NCBI GenBank assembly: GCA_030264375.1
Contig: JASCQW010000139.1
Coordinates: forward strand, 17,589,996-17,650,228
DNA from: Carcharhinus longimanus
Taxonomy: Eukaryota
Reading direction: 5' to 3'
Length of the DNA stretch: 60,233 bases
The translations under genes and the position numbers were made by a program. This document shows positions 48,116 through 59,794 of this stretch, piece after piece. Numbering within the stretch: position 1 is the first letter of the stretch; every line of letters begins with the position of its first letter. Below the pieces are notes generated by a model, which ran no database searches, was not told the DNA's origin, and saw only the letters and a list, made by a program, of their open reading frames with translations.

Positions 48116-50126
48116 ATTAGCTGCCACAAGATTGCGATGCTATGACTTTAGTAATATTTTTCAGTAGAGTAAATAGTCTGCCCTACATTATTGGGCAAGG
48201 TGTTATATCAACACGCTGACTCACTGGGCAACCTGGTGGCAGGTGTCAAAGTTACTGTACATACCTTGAAAAAGGGCATTAGAATCAGAAAACAAAATGT
48301 AGACAAACATTGCTTTCTTTAATCAGCTGCTGCACAAGTCACTATTACTAATATGATCACAAAGCCACTTTTGTAAATTGATTGACAGGTGCACAATCAG
48401 TTCAGGATTACTGTATGGTATGTCAGTGTTCTCTACTCTGCGCCATTTAATAAATGTGTGCCCACATAGCAGCTGCTTTAGTGAAGGCATGATATCAGTG
48501 CAGAATTCTGAAATACAGCACCTTTCACTGACTGATGTGATGATGGATTTCAATTAAATTTTTCATCCATTCAATATGCAAAACTGTCACCCGCCTTGGT
48601 CCCATTTAATTGTTTACTGTAATATTTGGAATGCAAGAGGCATGATCAACTGGAAAAAAATTCCCATCACTCACTAGTGCTGCAGCTGAGTGTCCACTGA
48701 CATTTAGCTGTGAAAGGATAATTTAGGTCAGAATTTCAACTTCTACTGATCTGCATTTATTTCTGACAGACCTAGCTAAGGTTGATAAATTGAGTTTCTA
48801 AAATAAAAAGAACGTTCATTTTTTTCCCTAAAATCTAGCCCGCTCACCAGTTTAGTAAATCCTTCTAGGCAGAAAAACGTATTACCCTTACTCACCTGAA
48901 ACCATCAAGTTAAAATAAACAGGAAAGAAAAGGATTTTCATGCCATTGCAAGTGTCAACTGCAAATTTATTAACCAATTACAATGCCAATCAAGCTAGGC
49001 TACCACAGTTCCGAAATATCAGCATGTAATTGAGCCACAAGGATGTAAAACATTCAGGTTTAATTTTTACTGTGTGCTGTGCTAGTTGAAACATGTATGT
49101 TTGGGGCACTACTGGTCTAACATGGTAAGAACAATTATAATCAACCATGTCCAGAGCTCCTGTCTCAATCTCGATCAAGCTGATGCCACTGGAAAACAAT
49201 GGTGGAAACCCTAACAACAGTTTCATTACCGAATCTAAACAGTGAATGAAAAGAAATAACTTATTCACTACCCAGCCACTGGTTTGCGGCCCTGATAAAT
49301 GGGGAGGGTTAGGGGAAGAAAGGGCATCCAGCTGTAAGATACATTGTCAAATCCAAAAGTTACGGCAGATATATGAATAGAACTAGGGAAGTTTGATCGA
49401 CCAGCATTGTGGTAATCCCATCTATCATGGGGGAAAGCCATGACCCAAAACATTTCACAGCTAAGTACTCTTGAAGTGAAATCACTTCTGTAGAAAGGCA
49501 GCAACTAATTTACACAATGATATTTTATAAATAGTAATAATGACCAGATAATCTAAATTTCAAGTGATGGTGATGGAAGGGTCAGTATTGCCCAAGACAA
49601 CAAGAGCTCCCTCATTTCTCTTCAAAATAGGGTAATGTGGTCTTTTACATCACAGAGCAGACGGAGATTCAGTTTAACATGTGATTCAAACATCTCAGGA
49701 CTGTATTGCATCATTGCAAGACAAATGAAAAAGTACCATGAAAATAAGTTATTTAGATACTGTAGCAAGTTGATGGGCTATTCCAAAAAAGTTTTGCCTA
49801 TGTCTTCCTAATATTTAACTCTTCCTCCTTCCTTCCCCTCATCCATTGATGATCTGATATTTCTTTGTGCAGCCAAAATTGTGTAGCCAACTCTAACATA
49901 AGGGGCTCTTCTGGATGGCACACTGACATTAATGACAGAACAATTATTAACAAAGTAAATGGCACTTCACAACACAAATGTCACATCGTTTTGTTTTGGA
50001 AAATTTAGGTCAAAGTAACACATCCACCATCACCATTGATATGATCAGTAAAATTCTAGAGAACTGCACTTTCAAGTAGCAACAAACATTGATGTAAAGC
50101 CCCCCCGGAACAAGGAAAATTAAATT

Positions 50127-50157
50127 GGTGGTGGTGGTGGTGATGGTGGGGGGTGGG
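50127..50157 (+). repeat. (TGG)n / G-rich microsatellite
   Basis: tggtggtggtggtggtgatggtggggggtggg. Confidence 0.8.
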
Positions 50158-51753
50158 AGCTATGGATTTGATATATTTATAAATCAAAAGGTATGGAGAC
50201 TCGACTGGAAAATTTGAAAATACTAATGATTCCATTCTGTTGTGTATATCCTTCCAAATGCAGCTACACCCTTATTAGCTTAATAGCTACACATTGTAGC
50301 AAAGTAATATCAAACAATTATAAAAGGAGACAATACAAAAATGTAAATTAAACCAATTAAGTGAATGTTGGATTGGACATGATATATCGCTTTTCAAACA
50401 GAGTTCGACTCAGCTCAGTTAGTAGAACAGTCCTCTAAGGCTCAAATTTCAAGTTTCGCACCTGAATTTCAGTGGATAATCTAGCCTGGCCTATGGCACA
50501 ATACTAAGGAACTGCCTAATCAAAGATGCTATCCTTCAGATGATAAAATGGGGAAAACACTATTAAAGACATTCAAAAAGCAGTTGCAATTCTCCTAATT
50601 CCTTGGTCACTACACTGCCCTCAGACAAAAAAAAAATTTGTACTCAAGAAATTGGCTAACGGGAAATGGGGAATTGATCAAAACACTTCCAACAAACTAG
50701 CCCTGCTTGTGTTTTTTTCAGTTGTGGAGTACTGTGCCTCATATGGTTACTCTTGAGCCATTAACACAAAATTAATACTGAACTCAATTAATTCTGGAGG
50801 ATCACCACAGGAATTTTGAAACAGACTTCCAACCTGCCTTACAGGGATTACAATTCAGGTAACAAATTACCAGTCAGCTGGAATAGAACTGACTTCATGC
50901 TGAACTATATCACCAGGCTTATTAACATGGACACCAACCGACAAACTTAAGTTTGACCAGCGAATAGGTGACAGTTGCTAGCAGACGTTAATTGTGAGCT
51001 GCATAACCGATCAGAAAACATAACAGTGCCAGCATCCTCCTGAAGCTAGAAAGAAAGATGCACACCATATTCTGCTAGATCGCAAATTTACCAGTTGGTT
51101 AGTTTTCACAATTTTTCTAATGCAGCTGACTTCTTTACAAATCCAACCTTAATAGGCATAAAGCCCAAAAAATCTACGGTGTGTACATACCTTCTTTATA
51201 ATGGGAAAACCAATACATGGAACCTTATGTCCTAGATTTCCAATACAAAGTGCTGGATCTCTTACCACATGCTGCTTAAAACAAGGCTTCATGTAAATTA
51301 CTGTGTATAGAGGCATGCAACCTTAAGGCTGATTTTCCAGCTAAGGGCACTTGGCACCACATCCCTTCTTTGCCATAACCACTTCCCTTAGTCATGAAAC
51401 ACCTACAACGTGGCCCTGGATTTCTCAAAGGCTTAAGAAGGTCTTCTGTAAAATTTCATAGCAAATCTGCAAACAAGAGAACATTTCATGCAAGAAATTT
51501 CTTATTAGCCCCATCATAGCATGTTACAGTGTTCATCCAAATTAGATTAACAGTGCAATATATATAATACAAGAAACTTGTCACCATTGTTTTTCCAGCT
51601 GACTGATCAACATCCAGAAAGCACATTGCTAGGGCTACCTAATGAAGTGTTCATGTATGTGAAGCACATTGGCTGTAAATGCAACGTTTCTTGCAATATG
51701 GGGTGTCCATTTTTTTTTATTATGGGCAACAATATTGTTAAAAGTTTTATATT

Positions 51754-53114
51754 TTTCCTCATTTCTATTCCACAAAATAAGAATTGTCAATGAAAGGTTG
51801 TTAGCAACTAGTAGAATGGCCTTGTTTTTTTTTGCTTGTCTTGCAATTTTTGATTATCTTGCTGGATTTCTGCACACTCCCTTTTGCAGTTCTGTTTTGA
51901 GTACATGTATCCTGCTATTTCCAACCAAATGGGAAGTCTGTCCTTTACCTTTTAGTGAATGCTTTAGTGGAATTTTTATTCATTTGCTGTGGAGTGGAAG
52001 GTGAGGGTCCGACTCTCAACAATTGTGTTTTAGATGGTGACTGTCTTAATTTTTTCATTCTGTTCAAAAATCATCATCTTTGTGACTAAACTGGCATGGT
52101 GGTATTCCAATGCCCTAATCCATAGTTATGGAAGAATGAGTCTGCTTTCACAGTTTACAAACAGCAAGTTTCAATATTTGTTGTGCCAGAGGGAGGAAGA
52201 AAACACTAACAGTTCCCCACTGAGAAGAGGGAGAAGTGAACTTAAATTAATTTATAAGTGAAATCATAATCTGGAAATTTTTGTGAAAACTAACCATGAA
52301 GGCAGGCATGCAAAGTCACTGAGGGGCAAATTTAAAAAAGTGACATCAATACTTTTTCAATTTTAGAAAACATGTGAAGTAGTGGAACAGATTCACAAAA
52401 TAGCAACAATTGCTCACAATCTTGGATTAACAAAAGAGCTCCAAGAATTTGATAATTTTTCCATAGGAAATGATTTCAATGTGCATTGAAACCAGAACAA
52501 AACAATCCATTTTGTTTGACAAGTTGTTTTCCATTTTCACAGGTCATCTTGCAATGCTCAAAGTGATGATNNNNNNNNNNNNNNNNNNNNNNNNNNNNNN
52601 NNNNNNNNNNNNNNNNNNNNNNNNNNNNNNNNNNNTCTCCCTCTTCTCAGTGGGGAACTATTAGTGTTTTCTTCCTCCCTCTGGCACAACAAATATTGAA
52701 ACTTGCTGTTTGTAAACTGTGAAAACAGACTCTTTCTTCCATAATTATGGATTAGGGCAATGGAATACCACCATGCCAGTTTAGTCACAAAGATGGTGAT
52801 TTTTAAACAGAATGAAAAAGTTAAGACATCACCATCTAAAACACAATTGTTGAGAGTCAGATCCCCACTCTCCACACCACAGCAATGAATCAAGATTCCA
52901 CTAAAGCATTTACTAAAAGGTAAAGGACAGACTTCCCTTTTGGTTGGAAATAGCAGGATACATTTATTCAAAACACAACTGCAAAAGGGAGTGTGCACAA
53001 GTCAGCAAGATAATCAAAAATTGCAAGACAAGCGGAAAAATATCAAGGCCATTCTACTTGTTGCTAACAACCTTTCATTGACAATTCCTGTTTTGTAGAA
53101 TAGAAATGAGGAAA
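51754..53114. repeat. Long inverted repeat: arms 51754-52234 and 52636-53114
   Basis: Arms align as reverse complements along their whole length with scattered substitutions and small indels; the right arm's inner end abuts an N gap (52571-52635). Confidence 0.95.
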
Positions 53115-54551
53115 TTTTTGGTAGACTGTGGAATTATGCCAGGCAAGCCTCACTGTGATCCAAACTTCTTGACCTCATGCTATCTGAAAGCTAGTTAGGA
53201 TATGAATTATATTGCTCAAAATTCAAATAGTTATGACAGAAATGATTTGAATGATGCTTTGATACAATTTTGAATTAATTTAAATGGAGTACAGCAAACG
53301 ATGCATTTGAAACTCACTGATTTAGTTAGAAACAAAGATGGTTCTGAAAATTGAAACACAATTAGCACATTAGTTAGTTACTTGAAACTGGGAAAAAATA
53401 AGCTTGGGCTCTTGGCTGGCTTCATCCACTTTTGAAGTATTTTCTGGAGATAGCATTAGCTGGTCTTAGCAGCCAATCCTATGGATACTGTTCTTAAATG
53501 AAGAGTTGACCTTTTAAATGGAGTAAGGTGAAATTAACAAGCTCTCCGGCAGTAGAACTACTCACTCACTGCCCCATATCTTCCTTGCTAATTAAGTGAT
53601 CTTAGCCAGGAAGGTAGCAGGGGGTGTTACATTACTGTATTGCTCTTGGGCTGAGGCGATAAAAGTCAGGATTCTCACACCATCCTTATTCACTCATGCA
53701 GAAAAGTGCATGTGTTTGGAAACTGAGATGTCTAATCTGGTTCAACTGTGCACCCTTCCTGGGAAAGCTAGTTGGCCAGGTTCAAATCTGAAAACTGGTC
53801 ACTTGGAAGAACAAGAGACAGGGGTCAATACCTTCAATTCAAGAGATTACTGAAGAGGATAAAACTAAAGGAGCCTCAAAATACTACCCAAGACAAAAAA
53901 AGTGATCAGGGCGTTGGGACTGCAGATAAGATTGCACATAAATCATTTTTTTTCCAGAACAGCCAGCCCAGGAGCTCAAGAATGCTAAACCAGAAAAGAA
54001 AATCAGATAGTCCAATGGGAACTAATTCTGCAGCTCATTTCCATGGAGACTGTCTTTCCTCAGGAGCCTGTTCGTATGCGAATCAAGCTTGGCATTGGGC
54101 CAAGAGCCAGACCCAGGACAATAGCTAACCAGGGGCAACTCAACAACATTTCTGGGCTAGAAATGTAGTCTGGGATTTGGGCAGGTGAGGGAGTTCAGTG
54201 TGTCAAGCCAGCCAGGAAAGGACAAGCTTAGGCACCTGCCAGAGTTTTGCTGTGGCACGGAGCACAAGAAATTTAAGAAGACCACCACACAGCTGGTCAA
54301 GCCAGCTCCACCTTTCAAAACAATCATGGATGATCTTGGACTTAAATTTCACGTTTCTACCAGCTCCCCATGTTCCTTGATTCTCTGAAAGATCAAATTT
54401 TTGTCTCAGCTTTAAAAGTATTCAAGAATGAATGTGGCAAATGCAACCCACTGAGATAGAGAATTCCAAAGATCCACAATCTTTTAAGTCAAGTAATTTC
54501 TCCTAATCTCAGCTGTAAATGACTGGCCCTTTATCCTGAGAATGTGTCTGA

Positions 54552-54795
54552 GGCCAGAACTCTCCATTCACCTGACGAAGGGTCTAACCCGAAAGCTAGT
54601 GAGTATATTATCAAATAAATANNNNNNNNNNNNNNNNNNNNNNNNNNNNNNNNNNNNNNNNNNNNNNNNNNNNNNNNNNNNNNNNNNNNNNNNNNNNNNN
54701 NNNNNNNNNNNNNNNNNNNNNTAGGTTGGACTAAAACCTGGTGTTGTCAGACTTTTTACTTTGTTTACGCCAGTCCAACGCCGGCATACCCACAT
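54552..54795 (+). mobile_element. Young Penelope-like terminal repeat with hammerhead, nested in CR1
   Basis: The last ~70 nt differ from 31516-31585 by one base; flanked on both sides by colinear minus-strand CR1 sequence. Confidence 0.8.
54568..54602 (+). ncRNA. Minimal type I hammerhead ribozyme motif (antisense to GIT1)
   Basis: UCAC CUGACGA A GGG-ucuaa-CCC GAAA GC UA GUGA: full catalytic core, 4-bp stem I, 3-bp stem II, palindromic AGCU stem III. Confidence 0.75.
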
Positions 54796-54894
54796 CTTAA
54801 ATTTCCTGACCAGTGGAAACAATTTCTCAGCATCGAGTCCCTTCAGCATCTGGTTTGTTTCAATGAGATTGCCTCTTATTTATTTTGCAAATGC

Positions 54895-55985
54895 AAAGTC
54901 CCTAAGCCAAGCAGCGTTTTCCAGTTCGGCTGTGTTGATTACAGATAGGCCTTTGTTGAACCTGTGGATTGGACACTCTTCTTTGTGGTGCATAACTTGC
55001 TTTCTCTCCAGGCACATAAGGGGCTGGCAGTAATGCCCAATCTATGGAAGTTGGCCAAACAAGGACGGTGGTCAATCTTGAACATGTTTAGGGTGGATCA
55101 CTCTTTCCTTGGAAGGTTGAGCAAGGTAGCTGTTGGATTGAGTTTGAAACCAGGTTCTTGCTCGTCAGTTCCAATGATTCCCATTCATTTGTCCAGGTGG
55201 AATTTGCGTTGAAGTCCTGCACAGGAGGAATTTCCAAATCAGTCTTCTTGATAGCAGTCATTGCCTTAGGTGAGCTGAATAGATCAGCATGAAGTGATAA
55301 GTAGGGGTAAACTTTTTCTCTAATTTTGTTACAAGTCGACTGACAGAGGGAATGATGTTTGCCAGGAAAAGCAGCTAATGGTGTGGCGCTGAGCGTAGCA
55401 TTCCAGAAATGATACATATGGTAGCATTCAGCAGGATGTCAATTTCATGTGTGCATAATGATTTTGACCAAACAGGGGTGCAGTAATCAGCTACTGAGTA
55501 TGAGTCCACCAGTGCTGAAGTTTGGACAGTGGTGGTAGCAGCACCCCACTTCGAGCTGGCTAGTTTGGCAATCAAGTTGTTTCGGACTTTACCTTGTCTG
55601 CAGTTGTTTTTAGGTACTCCAAGAAGGTCGGTGTCCTATCTAGGGTCACTCAGAGGTATGCTTGCATTGTGGTGGTGCTTTAATTTGCAGCCATTCATTT
55701 GATGTTGAGCTCTTTATTGACTGTGGCATTGTGAAGATGGAAAATGCTGGATACTGTATTTACAGGGCTTGGTTTGCGTCACCATGTAGTGCAGTATCGA
55801 TCAGGTTTTAACAAGTCCTTTTTCAGGATGTGGTCCAAGGTGTTGAAATTGAGGGCTTGAGTTGCAAGCAGACATCATCAGCAGTTGTGAATTTTTGGGT
55901 AGTTATTTTTGGAAAATAATTTTTGTACAAGTTGAACAGGGTTGGAGCCAATACTGAGCATTGGGGCAGTCCACTTGTTTGGAGA
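54895..55985 (-). mobile_element. Vingi/Ingi-like (I group) LINE 3' half, decayed
   Basis: SGLPQCSVLAPTLFNLY...ADDVCL; IAKLASSKWGAATTTVQTSAL..YSVADYCTPVW; C-terminal LNLPRKE..TLN and SPLCA...MHH...ECP zinc-knuckle relic. Confidence 0.7.
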
Positions 55986-57574
55986 TCACAACAGCACAAA
56001 TTATTCTAGATTCGGTCATACCAAAGTTGTGCACTTTGGGAGCAAGATTTCTTTATTCTTGTATTTGCAATAAAGGCCAATATGCCATTTGCCTTCCTAA
56101 TTGCCTGCTGTACCCACATGCTAACTTCCTGCAATTCTTGTACAAGTATACCCAAGTCTTTCTGAACATCAACGGTTATAAGTTACACTCCTTTTTAAAA
56201 CTACTTTGCTTTTCCATTCTTACAAAAAAACGTGAGCAGCACAGGAATGGTGCTGTTCAGGGCAGGGACTGTTTGCATTGTTCTTGACCCCAAAATAAAA
56301 AATGCATCAAGGCCCCAGAGAAGGGAGAGATCAGCTGAAACCCGATTGTTTGATTTAAAACCAGACTAATGACCTCCTCAAGTTGGCCTCGTGCTGCCTG
56401 TGTTCAGCCAACTCAATTTTGGAATGAGTAGGCTTCAGTTAGATGTTAGGACCCATTTATGCATATGAAAATATCTTAACCGACTTCAGGCAGAAACACT
56501 TTATCTGCCTATATCAATGTTTTGGATAGCACACTTCCAGCATTTAATAAGCATGCTCATCCTGCCCACAGAGTACTTTGGTGCCCATTTTGAGTCTGAA
56601 AAATGGCCTGGAATCATCAAATTTCTAAGTCATAATTACAAATATTGCATTTGTAATTTGCAAAATGTACCGAGCTCAACAAATGATTTGATAAAGAGGT
56701 CAAACAGTAACTTTTCAGTTTTGTATTAATCTTCATTTTCTTAAACTGGACTTTAAAGTGTTTCAGTGTAATTGTTATCAGGGCTGCCTCAACATTCTAG
56801 CTTTAATAAAGTTATTTCTCAATTAGGTGAGCACAATCAAAACATGATTAAAATGCAAATATAACCTGACACCTTTCTTCCTGCAATAACCTGAAATGCA
56901 TCTTGCATCTAACACAAGGGCCTTTCACATCGTCAGAAAATCCTTAAGTTAATAGATGGAACTTTTTTGAAGTATAGCTCGTTTTGTAGGAAAAGGTGGC
57001 AGTTGATTTGTGCAGCGCAAGATGCCAATAAACAGCAAGTAAATGACTAGTAATCAGATTTTATAGTTGTTTAAGTGGCTAACTAAGGGTACGTACCGCT
57101 ACCAAAATAAAGTCTGGACCAGACGTGTATTTGATCAAAACTGGGAGCCTCAAAACTAGAGTTTAGCAGATAGTTGCTATTACATTGTGTCACTAATTAA
57201 AATATCCTGGACAAACAGATAATAGGAACCTGCCAGAGTTTAAAGCACTGTATGGCAAACTAGATACTGACGGTGGTTAAAGTCATGATATTGAACCTTT
57301 AACGATAAAATCATGGATAATGCTCATACGAGTTGAAGGTGTTAGTTGCCTCTTCACAAATATGGGTGTAGCCTACTCAGGGAAAATAATGCAATTCAAA
57401 ATATATCTTAATTTAAGAAAATAAGTTGATTTCTAGCTTACAGAAGACGACAAATTGTCAGAAGGTTTGTCAGAATTTTAATTTCCCTTACAATCAATGC
57501 TATGCATGTTTTTAAGGTTTGGGTACACCATTACATTGTTTGTCAGAAGAGTAAGAGCACAATCCTGTAACGTG

Positions 57575-57740
57575 GATGCTGAAATTGGAAAGAAAGTTGC
57601 AAAATCTCAGCAGGTCTGGCAGTATCTGTGGAGAGAGGAAGAGAATGAATGTTTCAAGTCAAATATGACTCAATTCAATTTCTCCCTCTGCAGGCACTGC
57701 CAGACGTGCTGAGATTTTCCAGCACTTTCAGTTTTTATTT
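57575..57740. mobile_element. Fold-back mini-element made from the second Penelope-like terminus
   Basis: 57601-57623 and 57696-57718 are reverse complements at 22/23 positions. Confidence 0.65.
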
Positions 57741-58097
57741 TTGTCAAAAGAGAAAGGTTATTGCAGAAATAACACATAGTAGAGAAAGCTACAAAAACTA
57801 ATCAAAATATATTTTTAAATGTCAAACTTCTTGACTGTTGAGATTAGAAGTGAAAAACAAACTGGTACATAAAGTTAACCTATTTCAATCATTTACATTT
57901 CAACATCACATTACAACCATTAACCTTAGAACAACCACTAGCCCAAATCATTGGGTGTCGCAGACTAAACACAATTTTGATTGTGATAAAGAGTAGGCTA
58001 GTCAGTGCAAATTTAATTTTCAGCATGCCCAAAAACTGAATTTACCACCTCTAGTCCAGCTGCAACATTCCAATAGTGACTGAGCAATCCAGTAACA

Positions 58098-58810
58098 TGA
58101 GAAACAACAGGATTAGGCTTTTTAGCTCTTCAAGTTTATTCCACCATTCAATGAGATCATGGTTGATCTGCAATCTAATGCCACATACTCACCTTTGCCC
58201 AATATATCTTAACACCATTGGTTATTTCAGATTTAAAATTAATTGACCTAGCATCAATCGTCATTTGTAAAAAATTTCAAACTTCAAAACTTGTGTTGGG
58301 ACTTTTCTACTTTCACTCACAAAAAGTCTGGCTCTAATGTTTGGTATGCTTCCAATGTCCTAGACTCCCTGACCACTGAAATAGTTTCTTTCAATCTACT
58401 TCATCTATTGCCCTTAACATCTTAAAAACTTTGGATCAACATGCTAACCTTCTGAATTATAGAAAATATAACCCCAATTTGTGCAATGTCTCCTTGCAAT
58501 TTAACCCTTGGAGTCTTGTTATAATTACGTTAAATCAATTTTGCGCTCCTTGCAAAACCAAAATAACCTAAGACCTGGTGCCCAGACTGCTCAGAGTAAC
58601 TGCGGGAGTAGTCCAACCAAGACTTTGCACAAAGCAGCACAACTTCTACTCCCTTGTATTCTAACCCTCTAACTTTAGAGGTCAGCATCACATTAAACTT
58701 TGATTTTTTTAAATATCTGTTCATGCTATTTTAATTATCTATGTACCTAGATTCCAGAGTCTGTTTTGAACCACCAGTATTCCTAAGTTTTTCCCCTATT
58801 TACAAAATAT
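58098..58810 (-). mobile_element. Decayed CR1-type 3' end
   Basis: RGLEYKGVEVVL relic plus 3' UTR ccaccattcaatgagatcatggttgatctg. Confidence 0.7.
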
Positions 58811-59794
58811 GCACTCTTAAGAAATTATTCTTAGGCCTCTACCATGGATTTTCCATACACTGATGCTGGAACCTGCATACATTGATACACTCCCTTATGC
58901 CCAACTATTATTGAACTTTAGGAAGTACAATATACCTCAGTACTCAGGCAAGTGGTATTAGGATATGGAAGACCAGAAACACAGGAAGCATTAGACAAAG
59001 ATATTAACACATTGATGTTACTTTGGCAACTTGCTTTATTTTTAGTGATTAAGCAAACCTGGAAAGTAATACACACCAAGTTAATGGCTTCCAGCTATTG
59101 CACCTCCCAGCAGGCTGAACAATTAACACAGGACTCTTGGAAAATAGCTATTACTGAACTCAAGAATGTATCAATAAATCTGTTGTTTGTTAGGGTATCA
59201 TTTCCCATTTGACACAGTCTGCAATGGAGGGTATTGACCTAAAGGCAAGAGCATTGGGAACTAACAACAAATAAAATTCTATAGAAAATGGTACTAATTG
59301 ATGCCCATGGTAAAATCCTGAGTACGCAGAGGAAAACTCACGCAAACTGTTCAAAGTCAGTCACTATATCAGATTAGGAGAATATAGCTGAATTTCAGGT
59401 GGTAGCTGAGAAACTACAAATAAGTTGGGGGGGGGATATTACCCAAGTGACCGGAAGAAGTTACATGGACAAAATGAAATACAACACCTTAGAAGAACAA
59501 TCAGGAAGCCACATGAGTGATCACGGAATGATATTGAAACAGCAAAATTGTGAAGTTGAACAGTGCCAAGAGCGTAAGTAAATTAATTGTTCAATATGTC
59601 TAATCACTGCAGAGCAGCGATTAAAGAAATCAGAAAGCCATTCACCCAATGGTGAAGAATCCAAGATGTACAAAGGTATGTTTAGGCCTCGGCCCAAGTG
59701 TCTGATTAGTATCTGCAATCCTGCTTAGCAAAACAACAAACACATTCAAATTTCAAAAACGTTGTATAGAGGATAAATAATCTCTTGTATCAGT

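Noticed and set aside
51669-52998. Pair of similar ORFs (51669-52004/52034-52261 and 52558-52998) as duplicated genes
   Set aside because: The similarity comes from the inverted repeat; frameshifting indels between the arms argue against coding constraint.
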